This document shows positions 61,063-64,000 of a stretch of DNA of 64,000 nt, piece by piece (position 1 is the stretch's first letter; every line of letters starts with the position of its first letter). The position numbers and the translations under genes are program-made. Location: NCBI GenBank assembly GCA_965204345.1, contig OZ241981.1:640001-704000 (forward strand). The letters run 5' to 3'. The stretch comes from Nitrosopumilus sp. (GTDB lineage Archaea; Thermoproteota; Nitrososphaeria; Nitrososphaerales; Nitrosopumilaceae). The notes under the pieces are model-generated. The model was not told the DNA's origin. It worked only from the letters and a program-made list of their open reading frames with translations, and did no database searches.

Positions 61063-61628
61063 TTTCAAAGTTTCAGCCTCTGAAGACAAATTTGCTTTCT
61101 GGCCTGTAGCTTTGCTTTGACCCCTCCAGTCAGCATGATCCAACCAACCAAACCGAATCTTTATAATTTTAGGTTTTGTATTTTTCTTTATAGGCTGATT
61201 ATTTATTGCCAAATAATAACCAGATTTTTTCTTTTTTACATTAGAACTTGCTTGTGCGTAACTTCTATTTCCAAAAATTTTATTTGGATTAGAGGATGTT
61301 TTTATTTCTATAGAAAAAGTCTCATCAGTTAAACAAACCAGATCTTTATCTGAAGATGTTTTTTCACTCTGCCATAGTTTAGGATATTTTTTTTCAAAAT
61401 GCAATGAAATTAATTTTTGAAGAAGAAATCCAAGCATTTGTTGGCTAGGAAAGATATCTTCTCCTATTTGTAATTGGGTATACTAGTTTTTAGTATGGAA
61501 TTCCAAGATTCCAAAATCACTTTTTTTAATTCGTCTGTGGAAACAGGATGTTTTTTGATAAGATTTTTGATAATTTCTTCCCATTTATCTGAATTTTTGT
61601 TTGTATATGGGGAAAACTCAATAGTCAT
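61048..61628 (-). pseudogene. ScaI-family type II restriction endonuclease, frameshift at ~61480
   Basis: SPY..W...LIKKHP...LESWNSI / IGEDIFP..QMLGFLL...DKDLV...SIEIKTSS...FGNRSYAQ. Confidence 0.75.
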
Positions 61629-62030
61629 ATACTAATCTCTTCTAGTCGTTTTTGAGATGCTAGATGTCATTTTTTTATTGAAACGCTCATATTTTTTTGA
61701 ATTAGAAGAGCTGCAAAACTAGATGTAAAAATTGAATTGTGAATTAGTTAAGATCTCCTGTCGTAACAATTCTAAAAGAATACAGGATTAACCGTACAAA
61801 AAAGGACACACTGCAGCAGATAAAGACATTCCTTTTGGCAACAAACATCATTTCTAATAACATACGATAACTTTTGGAATAATCATAAAAAAAAGAGACG
61901 TCATGTATCCTCAGGGCAGGTTTGGATTTTATTAATTAAATTCATGCAATGCTTGCAATATTTTAAATTCGATCATATTATTGTCAAATTTTTGAGATGA
62001 AAAACACAATGTACATCATGTAATCTTTGA

Positions 62031-62855
62031 TTATCTGACTAGTATGTTTCTACGTGACCTTCTTCTAATTACAATTAATATCGTAATAACCGGCATTAAA
62101 GCCATCACTAAAACCAGGATTCCTATTGAGACATAGTCATTTACAAATAATTTTGTATCAAGCCATGCCTTTGGTAAGATTGTAAGGAGATCACCGCCAG
62201 AAAAATCCTCAATGGTTCCAATTGCCAGGCTATACTTGCCTCCCTGGTTTTTTTCATCCATTACAATGATGAAATATTTTCCATCAGCAGGAATTTGACT
62301 TTTAACCTCTTGTCTTTCCCAGTATGTTACCTGACCAAAGGGCTCATAGAATTCATTTCCCGGAAAGTTTCCCTCATACAGAAATTTTTCAGTATTTGGT
62401 TTTTCAGTCAAGTCAGACTTGTTGCTTTCAAATATTTCAGAATTCATTAGAACCAGTGATGGGGAATATTCCTCCAATCCTCCAATCTTTGGAACTACAA
62501 TGCTTGCATAAAACGAGTCTCCCTGCTTTGCATCAAATGAGTAAAATTTGGCCTCGTTTGGTCCCAAATTCTCATAAATTGCCCATGAAATCTTGTGATC
62601 AGGGATTTGTAATGCAGAATCATAGCTTGTATGCGTGTTATCATGATTGATTAATTTGTGCCCATATGCCGGACTAGTTGAAACAACTGCAAGGATAAAA
62701 AACATGATCATAATTTTTTTCACAGTTTTCTTACTTGGAATCAGTATTTTAACTCCAAGAAAAATTTCCCAGTTAGCACTAGTCTGAATGCCATCATAAC
62801 ATATGTGAAAAATTTGCAGCTGCCACAAAAATATGGTTTTGTTACAAAAATGCAA
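62031..62855 (-). CDS. Secreted protein with C-terminal membrane anchor
   Basis: Signal peptide from ~62710 (AYGH cleavage site), FYEPFGQVTYW, C-terminal TM + Arg tail. Confidence 0.75.
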   Translation of the reverse strand: MHFCNKTIFLWQLQIFHICYDGIQTSANWEIFLGVKILIPSKKTVKKIMIMFFILAVVSTSPAYGHKLINHDNTHTSYDSALQIPDHKISWAIYENLGPNEAKFYSFDAKQGDSFYASIVVPKIGGLEEYSPSLVLMNSEIFESNKSDLTEKPNTEKFLYEGNFPGNEFYEPFGQVTYWERQEVKSQIPADGKYFIIVMDEKNQGGKYSLAIGTIEDFSGGDLLTILPKAWLDTKLFVNDYVSIGILVLVMALMPVITILIVIRRRSRRNILVR

Positions 62856-63579
62856 TGAATGTAAAAGAGAATTCCAAGTGTGGATTTTTGATTATTGTTC
62901 CAAGTCTATAATTCAGAGAACAAAGAGATGAAAGTGCTTTTGACCAATAGTATCCAAATGATCTATCCTGATATATCTTTTAAGCAGATTTTGTTCATAA
63001 TTAATAATCGTGAAAAAAAGCAGAGTCAGTAATTGCTGCACTTTGAGAACTCTTTGCACATGAGAGCGCTAGAATACTTTGGTCTTGCCAAAGAAAAGTC
63101 TACAGTAAGATAGTATAGCAGGCAAGAGCCGTACAACTGCATTTAGAGGTATCAAGATGTTGGATATGACATGATTGTACCATCAGGCAAAGTCAAGTCT
63201 CCCACTTGAAAAACTGACCTGAAAAATCCATTAAACAAAGTAATCCAAGTTATCAAACGTGCAAATTGCAGACAGACAAGCTATATGCAAAAATATCCTA
63301 CTGCCAAATAGAGTATAGCTAGACACAGATGCGCTAAATGCTAGGAAAAAAACTTTTCAGCAACAAACTTGGATTAGCTAAAAATATGAACACTGAAATG
63401 TCTTTACAGTAACATCAGCAATCTGATTTTCATTTGTCTTTTTTTGAGTCTAGATGGTCAAAAATCACTCTATTTTTTTACAAAAAGTAACCTGATCCAT
63501 ACTGAGAGATTGAATATGGAAAAATCCATCTCTTGCAAGTCACAGATATGTTAGGATTTGAGTCTCTGACTGCTGGTTT

Positions 63580-63999
63580 TCATCTGTTCCCAATTAACTC
63601 TAGCAGCTCATCTGGAAGGCTGCCAAACTTTTCATTGTATTCTTTGATCCTCTTCTCGGTAATCTCTGACTCTATGCCATCATTGACAATCCGATGCGCA
63701 ATTCCTCTTAGCAAGTCCAATTTTTCATCTTCGTCCCAATCTTTTTGAATATCTTCTGGATTGTCAGACTCAAAGAAGGCATCAATGGATTCAAATCTCT
63801 TTTCACTCATTTTCTTGCCAAATTCATAGATGGATTGTCTCCATGGATCCAAAGGAATGACGCAAAACTCGTCTAGCTGGAGACTGGCAACAATGTCGTC
63901 TTGGTTGAAGGATTGATGCATTTCATCATTTTCAACATTTGTGCAAAGCAAATAATCAACGTCTTCCATGATCTCATCTGTGCAAGTGTTTCCATGCAA
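63580..63999 (-). CDS. Acidic hypothetical protein, 5' end outside the window
   Basis: ORF open to the right edge. Confidence 0.6.
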   Translation of the reverse strand: MHGNTCTDEIMEDVDYLLCTNVENDEMHQSFNQDDIVASLQLDEFCVIPLDPWRQSIYEFGKKMSEKRFESIDAFFESDNPEDIQKDWDEDEKLDLLRGIAHRIVNDGIESEITEKRIKEYNEKFGSLPDELLELIGNR

Positions 64000-64000
64000 T

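Overview
Archaeal chromosome segment whose gene content (PEFG-CTERM and other surface proteins, DPS-like protein, Fe-ADH of the malonic-semialdehyde-reductase type, L40e, BHB-intron tRNA) points to a Nitrosopumilus-like ammonia-oxidising archaeon (Nitrososphaerota/Thaumarchaeota). The serpin and the many pseudogenes would fit a host-associated (e.g. sponge) lineage, which is inference. Two core blocks: 1-29.4 kb (TrmB, RidA, gltA, uvrBAC, LLM oxidoreductase, Fe-ADH, glycerate kinase) and 42.7-54.6 kb (purN, folD, purD, ileS, dps-like, sucCD, rpl40e). Between them lies a ~13 kb accessory island with no recognisable recombinase. It is punctuated by 10 copies (6 full, 4 partial) of a ~155-bp repeat with terminal inverted repeats. 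The repeats separate short, mostly minus-strand cargo modules (serpin, Doc-type TA, AAA ATPase/S8 pair, PaREP1-protease chimera, Clp-fold protease), and three half-copies break at the same internal 6-bp-spacer dyad. This is the best candidate for an undescribed cassette/recombination system. Also present: a direct-repeat-flanked insert at the rpl40e 3' end, a tRNA-Val(CAC) with a 44/45 BHB intron followed by a decayed island (integrase remnant, Fic, PfkB, mini-IS481, frameshifted ScaI-like R-M), and two secreted proteins with large Met-rich or His/Asp-rich tandem repeats. All calls are by eye and motif recall; no database searches were run.
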